The notes under the pieces are model-generated. The model was not told where the DNA came from. It saw only the letters and a program-made list of their open reading frames with translations, and did not search any database. Positions 27,547 through 37,589 of a stretch of DNA of 64,000 nucleotides are shown piece by piece. Every line of letters starts with the position of its first letter. Position 1 is the first letter of the stretch. Origin of the DNA: a virus (taxonomy: Duplodnaviria > Caudoviricetes); the IMG/VR virus record IMGVR_UViG_3300027689_000001, positions 64,001 through 128,000 of that record, one strand, 5' to 3'. The position numbers and the translations under genes are program-made.

Positions 27547-28722
27547 TTATCCCCATGCTGCGAATTGTTTAGTTTTCTTAATGCGGTCATCTAGACCATG
27601 CGTTCCACCATTTACACGACGAGTAATCTGACCAATAACTGCATCGGTTACACCCTTAGCAGCGATTGCGAACAGACCGTTCTTGTTAAAGAACCATAGT
27701 GCTGACTCGAATGCGAGTTCTGTTGCAACGACGTCAGGATTTGTTACAACATCAGGACGACCGATGTCTTGAGCGAATTGAGTGTAGTTACTCTTACCAG
27801 TTAACTGGATTGGTCCACGACCACGGAACTTATACCCATCACCCGATGACTCTGGTCCATTGCCCATGCGATTAGCATAGACCTTGTTAGCAATCTTCTC
27901 TGGTTTGCGAGCATACCCTGCAGTCGATGCGATTGTTGGGAAGTACTTCTTGAAGATGCCATTCAGACCCTTATCTGAATAGTTTAGATTCTCAGAGAAC
28001 ACTTTGAAACCACCCGACTCGTGAGCGCACTGACCGAAGAAGTGTGCTGCTTGTGCCGTCGATAGTTTAAAGTAACCCTTCGCTGCTTTGAATGTTCCTG
28101 GACCCCATTTACCATCAGCAGAGACACCACATTTTGCTTGTAGTGATTGCATTGGTCCGAGACCAGTAACAGTTGGTGCTTGGACTGCTGCCTTAGCAAC
28201 CTGCGCGACTGCTTGAACGGCAGGAGCACCTGCTTCTTTGGTTGTACGCGGATCAAAATCTTTAACAGGAGTATATTTTGTTCCACTTGCCTTAGATTTA
28301 GTAGCAACCAGACGCTGCTTGCGGTTTCCGCCTTCCTTCTTAATAGAAGCATGAACCCAACCAGAGTTCTTGTCACCAGCAGCATAGAATTCTAGGATGA
28401 CTTGGTCAAACTCTAGATTGTCAGCAACCCAGTCAGCAACCTTCTTATTGTCCACACCCTTGACTTCAAAGTCAATTGCTTGACCATTAACATGCTGAGA
28501 TGTTTTAGATCCACCAACTGCCTTATTGACAAGTGGTGCGCGATATGATGAGTTGATTGTTACTGGACCAAACTTAGCGCGAACAGGTTCGAGAATCTTT
28601 TCGCAGCAGTAACGCATGTTCTCAATGTGTGCAGCAGTAGGTGTGTTAGGAATACCAAGACGCTTTGCGGTTGGCGATACAATCATTTCTCCGAGAGTAA
28701 AATGTTCAGTTAGTTGTGTCAT
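27547..28722 (-). CDS. endolysin: peptidase M15 + GH19 glycosidase
   Basis: SSYR..N.AVGG..SQH..GQAID...WVH (M15); QCAHES...ENLNYS...FRGRGPIQLTG...INGG-like RVNGG (GH19). Confidence 0.92.
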   Translation of the reverse strand: MTQLTEHFTLGEMIVSPTAKRLGIPNTPTAAHIENMRYCCEKILEPVRAKFGPVTINSSYRAPLVNKAVGGSKTSQHVNGQAIDFEVKGVDNKKVADWVADNLEFDQVILEFYAAGDKNSGWVHASIKKEGGNRKQRLVATKSKASGTKYTPVKDFDPRTTKEAGAPAVQAVAQVAKAAVQAPTVTGLGPMQSLQAKCGVSADGKWGPGTFKAAKGYFKLSTAQAAHFFGQCAHESGGFKVFSENLNYSDKGLNGIFKKYFPTIASTAGYARKPEKIANKVYANRMGNGPESSGDGYKFRGRGPIQLTGKSNYTQFAQDIGRPDVVTNPDVVATELAFESALWFFNKNGLFAIAAKGVTDAVIGQITRRVNGGTHGLDDRIKKTKQFAAWG

Positions 28723-28732
28723 TATCTACTCC

Positions 28733-29188
28733 TTAGAATGGACCGAAGTCGTCGTCGCTGTCTTTATACTTATCGATCGCTGCCATCAGTTTAATTTCAT
28801 TGTCTGCCTCAATCGACTCTGCCTTAGCATGTTCAGTGTGCGCTTCTGCGAGATGCTTATAATCAGTCTTGCCGAGTTCTTGAACCTTGACGTTCGGATC
28901 GAATTCAGTAACCTTCATGTTCATCATCGTAGCAAATGCGCCAACAAATGCACCGACAATCATCGAGAATGCTGGACCAATGATCTTAAAAATTTCATTA
29001 TTGTCAATAATATCATTTGGCATAAACATACCAATCAACATCATAACAACAACAGATAGCATTATGGAACCCAAAGTGAGCGCCGCCATCTTCATAATCA
29101 TGATTTGGACTTTGCCCTTTTCAATCTCTAGTTCCTCTAGAGTATTGACTTCTTTCGATACCGAAACAAAGTTTAATAATCCCTTCAT
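28733..29188 (-). CDS. 2-TM membrane protein (holin-like?)
   Basis: Two TMs; directly upstream of the endolysin. Confidence 0.6.
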   Translation of the reverse strand: MKGLLNFVSVSKEVNTLEELEIEKGKVQIMIMKMAALTLGSIMLSVVVMMLIGMFMPNDIIDNNEIFKIIGPAFSMIVGAFVGAFATMMNMKVTEFDPNVKVQELGKTDYKHLAEAHTEHAKAESIEADNEIKLMAAIDKYKDSDDDFGPF

Positions 29189-29189
29189 A

Positions 29190-29729
29190 TTACTTCCTTC
29201 TAATAATTGTATTCTTTTTGCGATACTTCTTTTGAGCAGCTTTAGAAACTCCAGGTTCCGCTTGGTTTGGAATGCTTGGATTATTTATGCCGATACCAGC
29301 AATAGCACCACCTGCAACACCCATACCATCTTCGGAGATGAAATCTTTGAATGATAACATTGTATTAAATTCCAATTGTTCTGCGAGGGATTTAGTTTCG
29401 TCTTGCTCCATCGTCATATAAAAAATTTCTTCTAGAATATCCTCGTCATACTCGACGTTTTCTCTGATAAGTGCCAACGCAGTGGCGAAAGCAAGGAATT
29501 TACTATTTACAAATGGTACTTTATTTAGAATTCTCTTCAATCTAAAGACCATGCGATGTAAAAGAGTAAATGATTCTCTTTCTTCTTCCGTTCCAAGATC
29601 TGCTTCTTTTCTAATGACAGTGCCATGCGCATCAATAATACCGAGACGATATGCATCAGTCTCGGTAAATGATGTTGTTAACATACGTAAAATACGATAT
29701 GTTATGATTGCATCGACAAACCTTGCCAT
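29190..29729 (-). CDS. conserved T4-like head-region protein
   Basis: AYRLGIID..G motif; internal MLSFKDFISE. Confidence 0.7.
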   Translation of the reverse strand: MARFVDAIITYRILRMLTTSFTETDAYRLGIIDAHGTVIRKEADLGTEEERESFTLLHRMVFRLKRILNKVPFVNSKFLAFATALALIRENVEYDEDILEEIFYMTMEQDETKSLAEQLEFNTMLSFKDFISEDGMGVAGGAIAGIGINNPSIPNQAEPGVSKAAQKKYRKKNTIIRRK

Positions 29730-30085
29730 TAAATCCCTCTTAACTTGTTAACGATCGTATAATCCATAAAAACATCTGGCAGTTCATTATCTTGCATTCG
29801 GTTTAAGAATAACAGAAAAGGTTTAATTAGAGGCATCAAATCAGAGAGTTTATAAACTATCATATCTGTCGCTGCTTGATTAAACACATTATATAGAACC
29901 AACAAATGATTTATGATAAGACGTTCGTTGAGAACATTAGTATTTTCGTATCGCGTTAATAATCTTCGGAGATAAACAAAACGTTTCAAATCTTCCTGTA
30001 AATCTGAAATGCCAGTACATCCAGGATTATCATAATGTTTAATTGCGAACATTAAAAAAGTTTCTTCATTCAATTCATTAATCAT
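29729..30085 (-). CDS. conserved T4-like hypothetical protein
   Basis: FAIKHYDNP.C...EDLKRF...ERLIINH motif. Confidence 0.8.
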   Translation of the reverse strand: MINELNEETFLMFAIKHYDNPGCTGISDLQEDLKRFVYLRRLLTRYENTNVLNERLIINHLLVLYNVFNQAATDMIVYKLSDLMPLIKPFLLFLNRMQDNELPDVFMDYTIVNKLRGI

Positions 30086-30086
30086 A

Positions 30087-30539
30087 TTATGATACCGTTG
30101 CCGTCCCTCCAAGGAAATACCAATTACCACTCAGAAAAATCAAATTAGCAGTGTCACCTGCTGAATTAAACACAATAGAACTATGTCCAATATTAGAACT
30201 GATAGTTAGATTATGTCCTCCACTGTTTGATATCATAACAACAACTTTAACTTGACCCTCTACACCATCTGCGATGGTAAGTGTTCCAGGTCCATCGGGT
30301 GAAGTGATTTTAGTTATTAGAGCAGTCACATTGATAGCACCCGCAGACGTTAAAGTCTGCGTAGTGCCACTCAATACCAGTTTGCTATTTAGAACCACAG
30401 AAACTGGAATACCACCAAACAGATTAGCAACAGTCACTTTGTGATCATATGGTGATGTTGCTGGTTTAACAACATACATTAAGTCTGTAGAAACAAGCGT
30501 TGACGCTGTTGTTAACGCTGAAAGTTTGCTATCTGCCAT
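30087..30539 (-). CDS. virion structural protein
   Basis: MADSKLSALT N-terminus; Thr/Ser/Gly-rich beta pattern. Confidence 0.7.
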   Translation of the reverse strand: MADSKLSALTTASTLVSTDLMYVVKPATSPYDHKVTVANLFGGIPVSVVLNSKLVLSGTTQTLTSAGAINVTALITKITSPDGPGTLTIADGVEGQVKVVVMISNSGGHNLTISSNIGHSSIVFNSAGDTANLIFLSGNWYFLGGTATVS

Positions 30540-30550
30540 TGTTTAATGCC

Positions 30551-32095
30551 TTATGCGTCTGGGAATTCAATATCATCAGCAGCATCGCTAGATGCAATCG
30601 CATTCTTAGAGAGTGCTACAAGAACTTCATACTTCACACGACCAGCGTAGGCACCAGTTCCAACTGTGCGCTGCACCCAACCAGAGTGAGCGGCAGAAGT
30701 ACCAGTTTCACCAGTACCCTTGGCAGCAGTTGCAGTTGCTTGATCAGCAGATGCTTGGATTTCAAAGTACTGAGCATTGTTGCCTGTAGCACTGATATCA
30801 ATAACTGTTTCAGTTATATAGGTTAGACCAGTTAGAGTACCAGCAGTAGTTACAATTGCGACAGCAGCTTCAGTCGTTAGAGTAAATCCAGTAACATTTG
30901 GTGAGGTTCCAGTTACGGCAGAAACCTTATATGTTGTTCCTGATGTGTATCCAGTAATAGTGCCTGTACCTGCAAGTGTACCAGTAATTGTAAGACGATC
31001 ACCAACTGCAAGAGTTGATGCACCACAAGTAAACTGACCAGCAGTACCAGAAGTAGCAACAGTGGCAACAAGAGTACCAGTACCAGCTGCTGCCTTAACT
31101 TCGAATGCGTTAGCAGTTAGACCAGCAGTGGCAACAAAGTAAGATGTTGCTGTAGTTAAACCAGTAGCAGAAGCGCCACCACCATTGACATACTTAACTT
31201 CTTCATTGGCAACTAAACCATGTGCAGTATAAGCAATAGTATCAGTAGCAGCAGTAATTCCAGAAGTAGGAATAACACGGCGAGGTTTCGCAATAGCAAC
31301 AGTTGGCACAGTTTCATATGACGAACCAGTATTTGTTACTGTGACTGCCGTTACTAATCCACCTGCGATGGAAGCAGTTGCAGCAGCAGATGCTCCGCCA
31401 CCACCAGAGAAGGTAACTGGAGGAACTTCAAGGTAACGTGCTCCGCCTTGGATCAAAGCAACCGAGGCAACATTGTCACCACCAACACTAATTTCAGTGT
31501 TATCAACACCAAAGACTTGAGTTGATTGGAAATCTGTTGTCGAAACCGAAGCAACAGATGTTGGTTTTTCACTAATTGTATATTCTTGAGCAGAGAATAC
31601 AGTAAGAACTGATCCTGGATTCGCATTAATTACTGTAGCAACTGTGTCGCTGGCAACAGCAATAGCAATCATTTCCTGGTTACCAACACGAACAACATCA
31701 CCGACTGCAAGAGCAGGATCGAAGTTAGTTCCGTCGCCTGTTAGAGTGCCGCGACCGTAATCTAGACTTAGTGTGAAGGTATGTGAAGCACCTGACCCGT
31801 CTGTTGAGGCGATTGCGGTTGGAAAATTATGTAGTGCACCTTCTTCAGTAGCAGCAACCATAAAAGTATCTGTAGTAACATTAGTTACATAATATGTGCT
31901 ACCAGATGTTAGACCAACAACAGAGGTTCCTCCGCCGTTTGCATATGCAACAGCATCACCAAGTTGGAATGGATGTGCGGCAGAAGTATATACTCCAGCG
32001 GCATGTCCAGTTGCACCATTGAATGTGATAGCGGGAGCAGTAAGAGTTACCGTTCCTGCCGATGTCTTATCGTCTTTATTACCCCAAGCTGACAT
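30551..32095 (-). CDS. virion structural/decoration protein with repeated beta domains
   Basis: Thr/Ala/Gly-rich; internal repeat; MSAWG start and HSGWV...GRVKYEVLVA end. Confidence 0.75.
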   Translation of the reverse strand: MSAWGNKDDKTSAGTVTLTAPAITFNGATGHAAGVYTSAAHPFQLGDAVAYANGGGTSVVGLTSGSTYYVTNVTTDTFMVAATEEGALHNFPTAIASTDGSGASHTFTLSLDYGRGTLTGDGTNFDPALAVGDVVRVGNQEMIAIAVASDTVATVINANPGSVLTVFSAQEYTISEKPTSVASVSTTDFQSTQVFGVDNTEISVGGDNVASVALIQGGARYLEVPPVTFSGGGGASAAATASIAGGLVTAVTVTNTGSSYETVPTVAIAKPRRVIPTSGITAATDTIAYTAHGLVANEEVKYVNGGGASATGLTTATSYFVATAGLTANAFEVKAAAGTGTLVATVATSGTAGQFTCGASTLAVGDRLTITGTLAGTGTITGYTSGTTYKVSAVTGTSPNVTGFTLTTEAAVAIVTTAGTLTGLTYITETVIDISATGNNAQYFEIQASADQATATAAKGTGETGTSAAHSGWVQRTVGTGAYAGRVKYEVLVALSKNAIASSDAADDIEFPDA

Positions 32096-33783
32096 TAATT
32101 GTCTCCCTTTTTAAATTTTTGATCTACGTGGTTGAAAAATTCTTTTCGTTTATCTTCACCAAGTTCCGAGGGAGACTTGATGTTATAATGTTCTAGAGCA
32201 GCATTGAATGTGTTCTTATAAGACTCATGCATCGACTTTACTGCTTCAATATCTTCTTTAGTTAGTTTCTTAGACTTCTCAATTGTTCTGAGCGCACGGA
32301 TAGAACTCTTTGCGTCTTTGTTCATCTTATCATACGTCATTGGTTTCTTCGTTGACGCCGATTTACCATCTGCGCTGATGTTGTAATCTCTTTCGCGTTT
32401 CCCTCTTAGATAGCGATACGCCATATCAGAAGAGATCTCATCAACCTGCTCGACTTCTTCTTTCATACCAGCATTCAGTTTTTTAGCATGAGCATGTGCA
32501 GCCTTGTGCTGGTCAGAAGATGTTTGCTTCGATTGAGAGTCACCATAAGGAAACGATTTGACTACTTTTGATGTCATCAATGCCTGCCCCCCCGCATCTT
32601 TTTTACCAGTGGGAATTTTTTCGTTGACATGATGTGCATTATAAGCTGTATGAACAAAATATGTTGCTTCTTCGAGATCGACTTCTTCAGTCTGAGATGC
32701 CTTCAAATCTGCAGCAGTTGGTGCGCCTTCGCTTCCAGGTTTACGCATACGCTCACCTGAACCACCCTTAATGCGCTTACGCTTGGCATGAATGTTATCC
32801 CACAGTCCACGCTTTTCTTCGATTGTTTCTTCGTTGGTTTCTTTAGTGGGCGAAAACTTCTTTACTGCGGATTTTGCAGCAATAGATCCAGCGGCACCAG
32901 ACATAACGCGAGTAGCAACACCAGCACCTGCGTTTTTAGCAAGTTTTGATGCAATCATTCTACCTGCTACCCCTGCTAATGCGGCATATTCATTTACAGT
33001 TTCTTCGCTCATCTCGCCTTGCATATAGTTGCTGGCGGTTGAGATGTAATCTTCTGCCAAAGTAATCTTCGACTGAACCCACTCAGGAAGATTGGTGTCA
33101 TCGGAAAGCATATCATGCATACGTTGCGAGTTAGCAATGATTGACTTCAGTTGACCCATTGCCATGTCACCTTCGTAGTCATACTCTGTCTTTTCTTTTG
33201 CTTCCTTGATATTAATTCTTTTGTTCTTACCATGATGCCATCTAATACCAGATTTCCATTCATCCGCCGAAATACCCTTTGGGTGCTTTTCACTTTTCTT
33301 TGAACCGTGCATCTGAGAATGGGTATACCAGCCATCATCTTCTTCGTCAAGCATATTTTTGCCCAACTTAGTACGTACTGCTTTCGCTAACTTCGATGCA
33401 TCGACACCGAAGTCCTTGGCAGCAGACATAACATGACTCTTACGAATGTTATCACCATAACGTTTGGTCAGGTGAGCAACGATAGGAGCATTTTCGTCGA
33501 GTTCAGTTTCTTCAGTAGCATAACCCTTAGCACCAGCACGAGCACGATTGAAGATGGCATCGTCACCAAGAACAATAAACATCATCGAGTTAATGAAGTT
33601 TGCCATGACATCACGCTCAGCACCCTGAAGTGTCATACCACCCTGTACCTTGACAATTGCCTTGCGAAGAATCGGAATGGTATTCGCTGGCATCAGACCA
33701 GCGCGAACTAGTTGCTGAAGACGACCATCTAAATCTTGCGATTCAGCAATGACAGTATCTCTGATTGTTCTTTCTAGACTCAT
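32095..33783 (-). CDS. putative internal head polyprotein
   Basis: Late promoter; basic modules separated by acidic (I/L/V)xE linkers. Confidence 0.65.
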   Translation of the reverse strand: MSLERTIRDTVIAESQDLDGRLQQLVRAGLMPANTIPILRKAIVKVQGGMTLQGAERDVMANFINSMMFIVLGDDAIFNRARAGAKGYATEETELDENAPIVAHLTKRYGDNIRKSHVMSAAKDFGVDASKLAKAVRTKLGKNMLDEEDDGWYTHSQMHGSKKSEKHPKGISADEWKSGIRWHHGKNKRINIKEAKEKTEYDYEGDMAMGQLKSIIANSQRMHDMLSDDTNLPEWVQSKITLAEDYISTASNYMQGEMSEETVNEYAALAGVAGRMIASKLAKNAGAGVATRVMSGAAGSIAAKSAVKKFSPTKETNEETIEEKRGLWDNIHAKRKRIKGGSGERMRKPGSEGAPTAADLKASQTEEVDLEEATYFVHTAYNAHHVNEKIPTGKKDAGGQALMTSKVVKSFPYGDSQSKQTSSDQHKAAHAHAKKLNAGMKEEVEQVDEISSDMAYRYLRGKRERDYNISADGKSASTKKPMTYDKMNKDAKSSIRALRTIEKSKKLTKEDIEAVKSMHESYKNTFNAALEHYNIKSPSELGEDKRKEFFNHVDQKFKKGDN

Positions 33784-33807
33784 TTGATATTCCTCTAATC
33801 TTTTCTA

Positions 33808-33815
33808 TATTTATA
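33808..33815 (-). promoter_or_regulatory. T4 late promoter
   Basis: TATAAATA. Confidence 0.85.
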
Positions 33816-34253
33816 TTATTTTGAGGTCGCTCGTAGCATCCACGCATGTTTTGCATGAATATCTAGACGTTCTTCAATAAGATTTACAAGACCCCGATTA
33901 CCGTCTGCATCAGCAAGTTTATGTGCCGTATTTAATGCTTCAATTACGGAAACATTAGCATCGATAAGATCTGCAACCATCCCCGAAACATCAACGCCGT
34001 AAATATTTGACTCTTTAACTGTAGTTGTAGATGCCAACTCAGTCATATTATATGGGGCATAGTCATCTAGTGCACGAATCTGTTCAGCGATAACATCTAC
34101 TGCAGCGAACAATTCCAAATAAAGATTTGAAAAGAAATCATGCAACTGAGAGAAGTCTTTACCTTCTACGTTCCAGTGATGACCATGCGCTTTGAAATAC
34201 ATCGCAAAAGTATTTGCGAATACGATCTTCATTGATGTTACCAACTCGTCCAT
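33816..34253 (-). CDS. dps: Dps ferritin-like DNA protection protein
   Basis: HWNVEG.DF..LH..F...Y......D.IAE.IR...K.AWML. Confidence 0.93.
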   Translation of the reverse strand: MDELVTSMKIVFANTFAMYFKAHGHHWNVEGKDFSQLHDFFSNLYLELFAAVDVIAEQIRALDDYAPYNMTELASTTTVKESNIYGVDVSGMVADLIDANVSVIEALNTAHKLADADGNRGLVNLIEERLDIHAKHAWMLRATSK

Positions 34254-34254
34254 G

Positions 34255-34629
34255 TTAACAATTCCACTTTCTTAATGCTAATGCTTTACGAGTCGGGCGA
34301 CCCTTTTCGTCTTTCATTGGACCTTCTACACCAGACATTCTAGCACAGAAACTCTTACGACGACCTGCTGCTTTACTACCTGCCTTTAACTTAGAAGGAG
34401 GAGTAGTTACAGGTGCCTGTAGATTACCACCAGACTGTCTATTATAGTGGTCACGACCCTTTTGAGTCAACCCACCAGTAGAGGACTTGTGCCCCTTACC
34501 GTCAACTGCTGCTTCTTTGATGCAAGAACCCTTCTCACATGCTTTAGTTCCTGGTTTACGTTTGTAACCAGTCCAACAAGTGCACCCAGTCTTTTCTGTT
34601 TCAACGACAAATTCTGCGAAAGAATGCAT
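34255..34629 (-). CDS. small basic head protein with capsid-targeting-like N-terminus
   Basis: MHSFAEFVVE; RRKSFCARMSG...ALRKWNC. Confidence 0.75.
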   Translation of the reverse strand: MHSFAEFVVETEKTGCTCWTGYKRKPGTKACEKGSCIKEAAVDGKGHKSSTGGLTQKGRDHYNRQSGGNLQAPVTTPPSKLKAGSKAAGRRKSFCARMSGVEGPMKDEKGRPTRKALALRKWNC

Positions 34630-36458
34630 TACCTTTTCTTTCTTTTATTTCTATTGTTGATTCTATTACGATCGATCATACGTTCTTTTTGCTGAAGACG
34701 AAGGGAAAGTCTACCGACCATCGGTGCCATGCGCTTTACCATTCCTTCTAATCTTGTCTTCTCAGAAGCAGAAAGCGAAGAACGATCACGCCCACGAAGA
34801 ACTCTACTATAAACCATATTACGAGCAGCACGAACGGATCTCGACTTAATACGATCAGGAGTTGCAACACGCTTCAGCGCCATGTTTCTTGCAAGATTAC
34901 GACGACCCTTTGTTCTCATCATATTGAAACGCTTCTTCAGACGACCTTGTGGAGTAATACCTTCAGCGATATCCTCATCAGAATCTTCGTAGTTCAGATC
35001 TTCGTAATCATAATAGTCAATCAGATCTTCCCACTCAGCGTTTTCGATTTCAGCAGTAACATCATTTTCGATTGCGAGCATATCATATTCGTCGTGACGA
35101 TCGTCGCTATTGTAGTCCATCATATCATCGCGAACTGGTGGAGTTGGATAGTTTGCTGGACTGATGGAATCTGTGTTAGGTTTTTCCTGACTAAAGTCAG
35201 CAAATTGTTCGTGAATTGCTTTGAGGAAATCGTCGTGTGACTTATGTGCACGCTTGACTAGCGATTCTTTTTCGATCGAAGACTTCAAACCATGGTACTT
35301 GTTCATAAACTTGTCATGATGATTAGGAGCAATTTCGTGCTCTTTACCATCATAGAACTTTACCTTGGCATTAATCGACTGAGACTTGTGCAGTTGGTGG
35401 ACCAGATTCTTAGGGACATCTGCTTCTGCTGCTTTTTTCTTAGCGACATTTTTCTTTGCTTTAGCGATTGCCTTTGGATCCGAAAGAACCTTTTGGATTT
35501 TTGCTCTAAAATTTTGGCGAGCAATAGCACCCCTTGCGGAAATTTCTGAGAGAGTTTCTTCTTTCTGAATACCACCATTATACCGTGTCGGGACACCATC
35601 GTAACGAGGATCGAATGTTGGAATCTTTTTCGCAGCAAGACCTTCTTGTCCAGGAGTCATAGCAGCATACTTCTGGCGGAGAGCATCAGTTCCCCATTCG
35701 TTGCTCTTGCCGAGTTCTTCTTTAACCTGACCATCGTGTTCCGAATCAAGACTTTTGAATCCAGATTTAACACCATGATGAAATCCAGTCGCTTGATAAT
35801 CTTTCTTAAATTTATACGCAGCGCCTTTATCAGAAGCGTAGTGTAATTCACCGCCCCATCCCTTTAGGTGCTTTTTAAACTCTGGTGAGTTGTGATCCTT
35901 ACTATCGCCCTTGACGTGAACAGAGTAGACCTTACCCTCAACTTCTTCTTTGACTGTCTTTAGACCACTGCGCAGTTCCTCTGCTTTCTTGCGTTGCCTT
36001 TCTGCAACAGCATCCCGAGATCGTTTGATGCTGGCGTTGCGTCTGTCAATAGAATCTTGGTGTTGTTTAGCATAAGGATTGGCGTTGCGAGAAGCTTGGT
36101 ATGCAGCAGAAGGTTGGTATGCTGCTGCTTCTTCGACTTCTTCTGCATCACATTGACCACAGCACTCTGGAGTTCCGCAATTGTCGTGTTCAGTTTCTTC
36201 AGGTAAACCTTTTTTGCGTCTTTGAGCAGCAGTGAAATGATCAGGTGTTCCAGTATCTGGATCCATCTTTAGTTTCGCACCTGCTTTTTTTGCAACTGCC
36301 GCATTCTTAACGGCTGCTTCCTTGACCGAATTCATCGCCTTGCGTGCGAGGTGCTTGGCAACGTTCTTAATCTCGTTGCCATACTTGTCCTTACGCTTCT
36401 CGCTAGACTTACGAGTTGGGTTTTTAGGATCTTCTTTCCAAGGTGGTGAATCGGTCAT
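34629..36458 (-). CDS. putative internal head polyprotein
   Basis: Late promoter; VKEE/LSE/IAE linkers; CGTPECCGQC module; highly basic C-terminus. Confidence 0.65.
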   Translation of the reverse strand: MTDSPPWKEDPKNPTRKSSEKRKDKYGNEIKNVAKHLARKAMNSVKEAAVKNAAVAKKAGAKLKMDPDTGTPDHFTAAQRRKKGLPEETEHDNCGTPECCGQCDAEEVEEAAAYQPSAAYQASRNANPYAKQHQDSIDRRNASIKRSRDAVAERQRKKAEELRSGLKTVKEEVEGKVYSVHVKGDSKDHNSPEFKKHLKGWGGELHYASDKGAAYKFKKDYQATGFHHGVKSGFKSLDSEHDGQVKEELGKSNEWGTDALRQKYAAMTPGQEGLAAKKIPTFDPRYDGVPTRYNGGIQKEETLSEISARGAIARQNFRAKIQKVLSDPKAIAKAKKNVAKKKAAEADVPKNLVHQLHKSQSINAKVKFYDGKEHEIAPNHHDKFMNKYHGLKSSIEKESLVKRAHKSHDDFLKAIHEQFADFSQEKPNTDSISPANYPTPPVRDDMMDYNSDDRHDEYDMLAIENDVTAEIENAEWEDLIDYYDYEDLNYEDSDEDIAEGITPQGRLKKRFNMMRTKGRRNLARNMALKRVATPDRIKSRSVRAARNMVYSRVLRGRDRSSLSASEKTRLEGMVKRMAPMVGRLSLRLQQKERMIDRNRINNRNKRKKR

Positions 36459-36488
36459 AATTGGGGTATACTCTCCAGTCGTTTCCTA

Positions 36489-36496
36489 TATTTATA
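36489..36496 (-). promoter_or_regulatory. T4 late promoter
   Basis: TATAAATA. Confidence 0.85.
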
Positions 36497-36500
36497 ATAA

Positions 36501-37589
36501 TTACTGCTTGTATTTAAAATCGCACATCAAACGAGTTGGATATCCATCAGTACCTTGAGAGTCTCGAATGTTCAATTTAAATTCATACTTAGGACTGACA
36601 ATCACAATGTCAATTCTCTTACCTTTACCAGTCTTACCACCATAGTAGATAGTTTGCGACATAACATTTGCTGCTTGCTGCATATAGATGGAATCGACTT
36701 TATATGACTTAATTTTTCCAGGAAATTTATGGACAACGTGGTATCCATATCCAATACCAGATTCCAACAGAGTCTCTAGTGCGAGACGATTAGGGGAAGT
36801 TACTGTTACTGTTTCACTTGTACCAGTTCCGTTAAAGATATCGCAGAATTTCTTATGATCAATTTTAAATAGATCTAATAGTGCCTGACCATCTTTATTG
36901 GAGATAGAACCTGATTGAATTTCTTTTTTGGTAAGAATAGTTTTAACACCAACATTAAAGAACGTAACAGTGTTTTGGAATTTCAAACTGAGAAATAATG
37001 TCTGTGCAATATTATTCTTATCTTTCCATGTCACAGTAACATCGGTAACTGCTTCGCCAATATCATTACCCGTTCCTTTGGTATTAGATAATTTAATTCC
37101 ACCAATAAATGAAAGAGGTCGTTTGGTATTATCTCCACCGACTGCCTGCGCCTTGAAATTAGAACCCTCTCCAATACCATAAGTTTTATCTAAACCTTCA
37201 ATGGTTTCTAGAATCATTCTATCAATACCAACAGTCTCGCCTTCTCGCCAGTCCATCAATGCTTGGGTGAATTGATCTTCGAAAGCATTGCCGCGATTTT
37301 TAGCACCTCTGTTGCCAGCAGACCCATCTCCAAATTTTACTTTAAATGGTTGTGTAACACCTGACTGAGTTAAGATTTGCTGTTCAGTAAGAGAACCCTT
37401 GATAGCGCGAACAACATTGATTTTTGGCACATCGAGATTGATATTAATAGGTTTATCGATCTTCGGATATTTTTTACGCAGAAAATTAAATACTGCTTTA
37501 CAATTGTCGCGATACGTTTGGTTGTGTTTGTAACCTGTCAGAGTCGAATCAATATCCTTCTCTGAAGATGGAAAAAAATCATACGGCAT
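36501..37589 (-). CDS. hypothetical protein, possible PD-(D/E)XK nuclease
   Basis: G..FE...TDVTV...LSLK pattern. Confidence 0.5.
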   Translation of the reverse strand: MPYDFFPSSEKDIDSTLTGYKHNQTYRDNCKAVFNFLRKKYPKIDKPININLDVPKINVVRAIKGSLTEQQILTQSGVTQPFKVKFGDGSAGNRGAKNRGNAFEDQFTQALMDWREGETVGIDRMILETIEGLDKTYGIGEGSNFKAQAVGGDNTKRPLSFIGGIKLSNTKGTGNDIGEAVTDVTVTWKDKNNIAQTLFLSLKFQNTVTFFNVGVKTILTKKEIQSGSISNKDGQALLDLFKIDHKKFCDIFNGTGTSETVTVTSPNRLALETLLESGIGYGYHVVHKFPGKIKSYKVDSIYMQQAANVMSQTIYYGGKTGKGKRIDIVIVSPKYEFKLNIRDSQGTDGYPTRLMCDFKYKQ

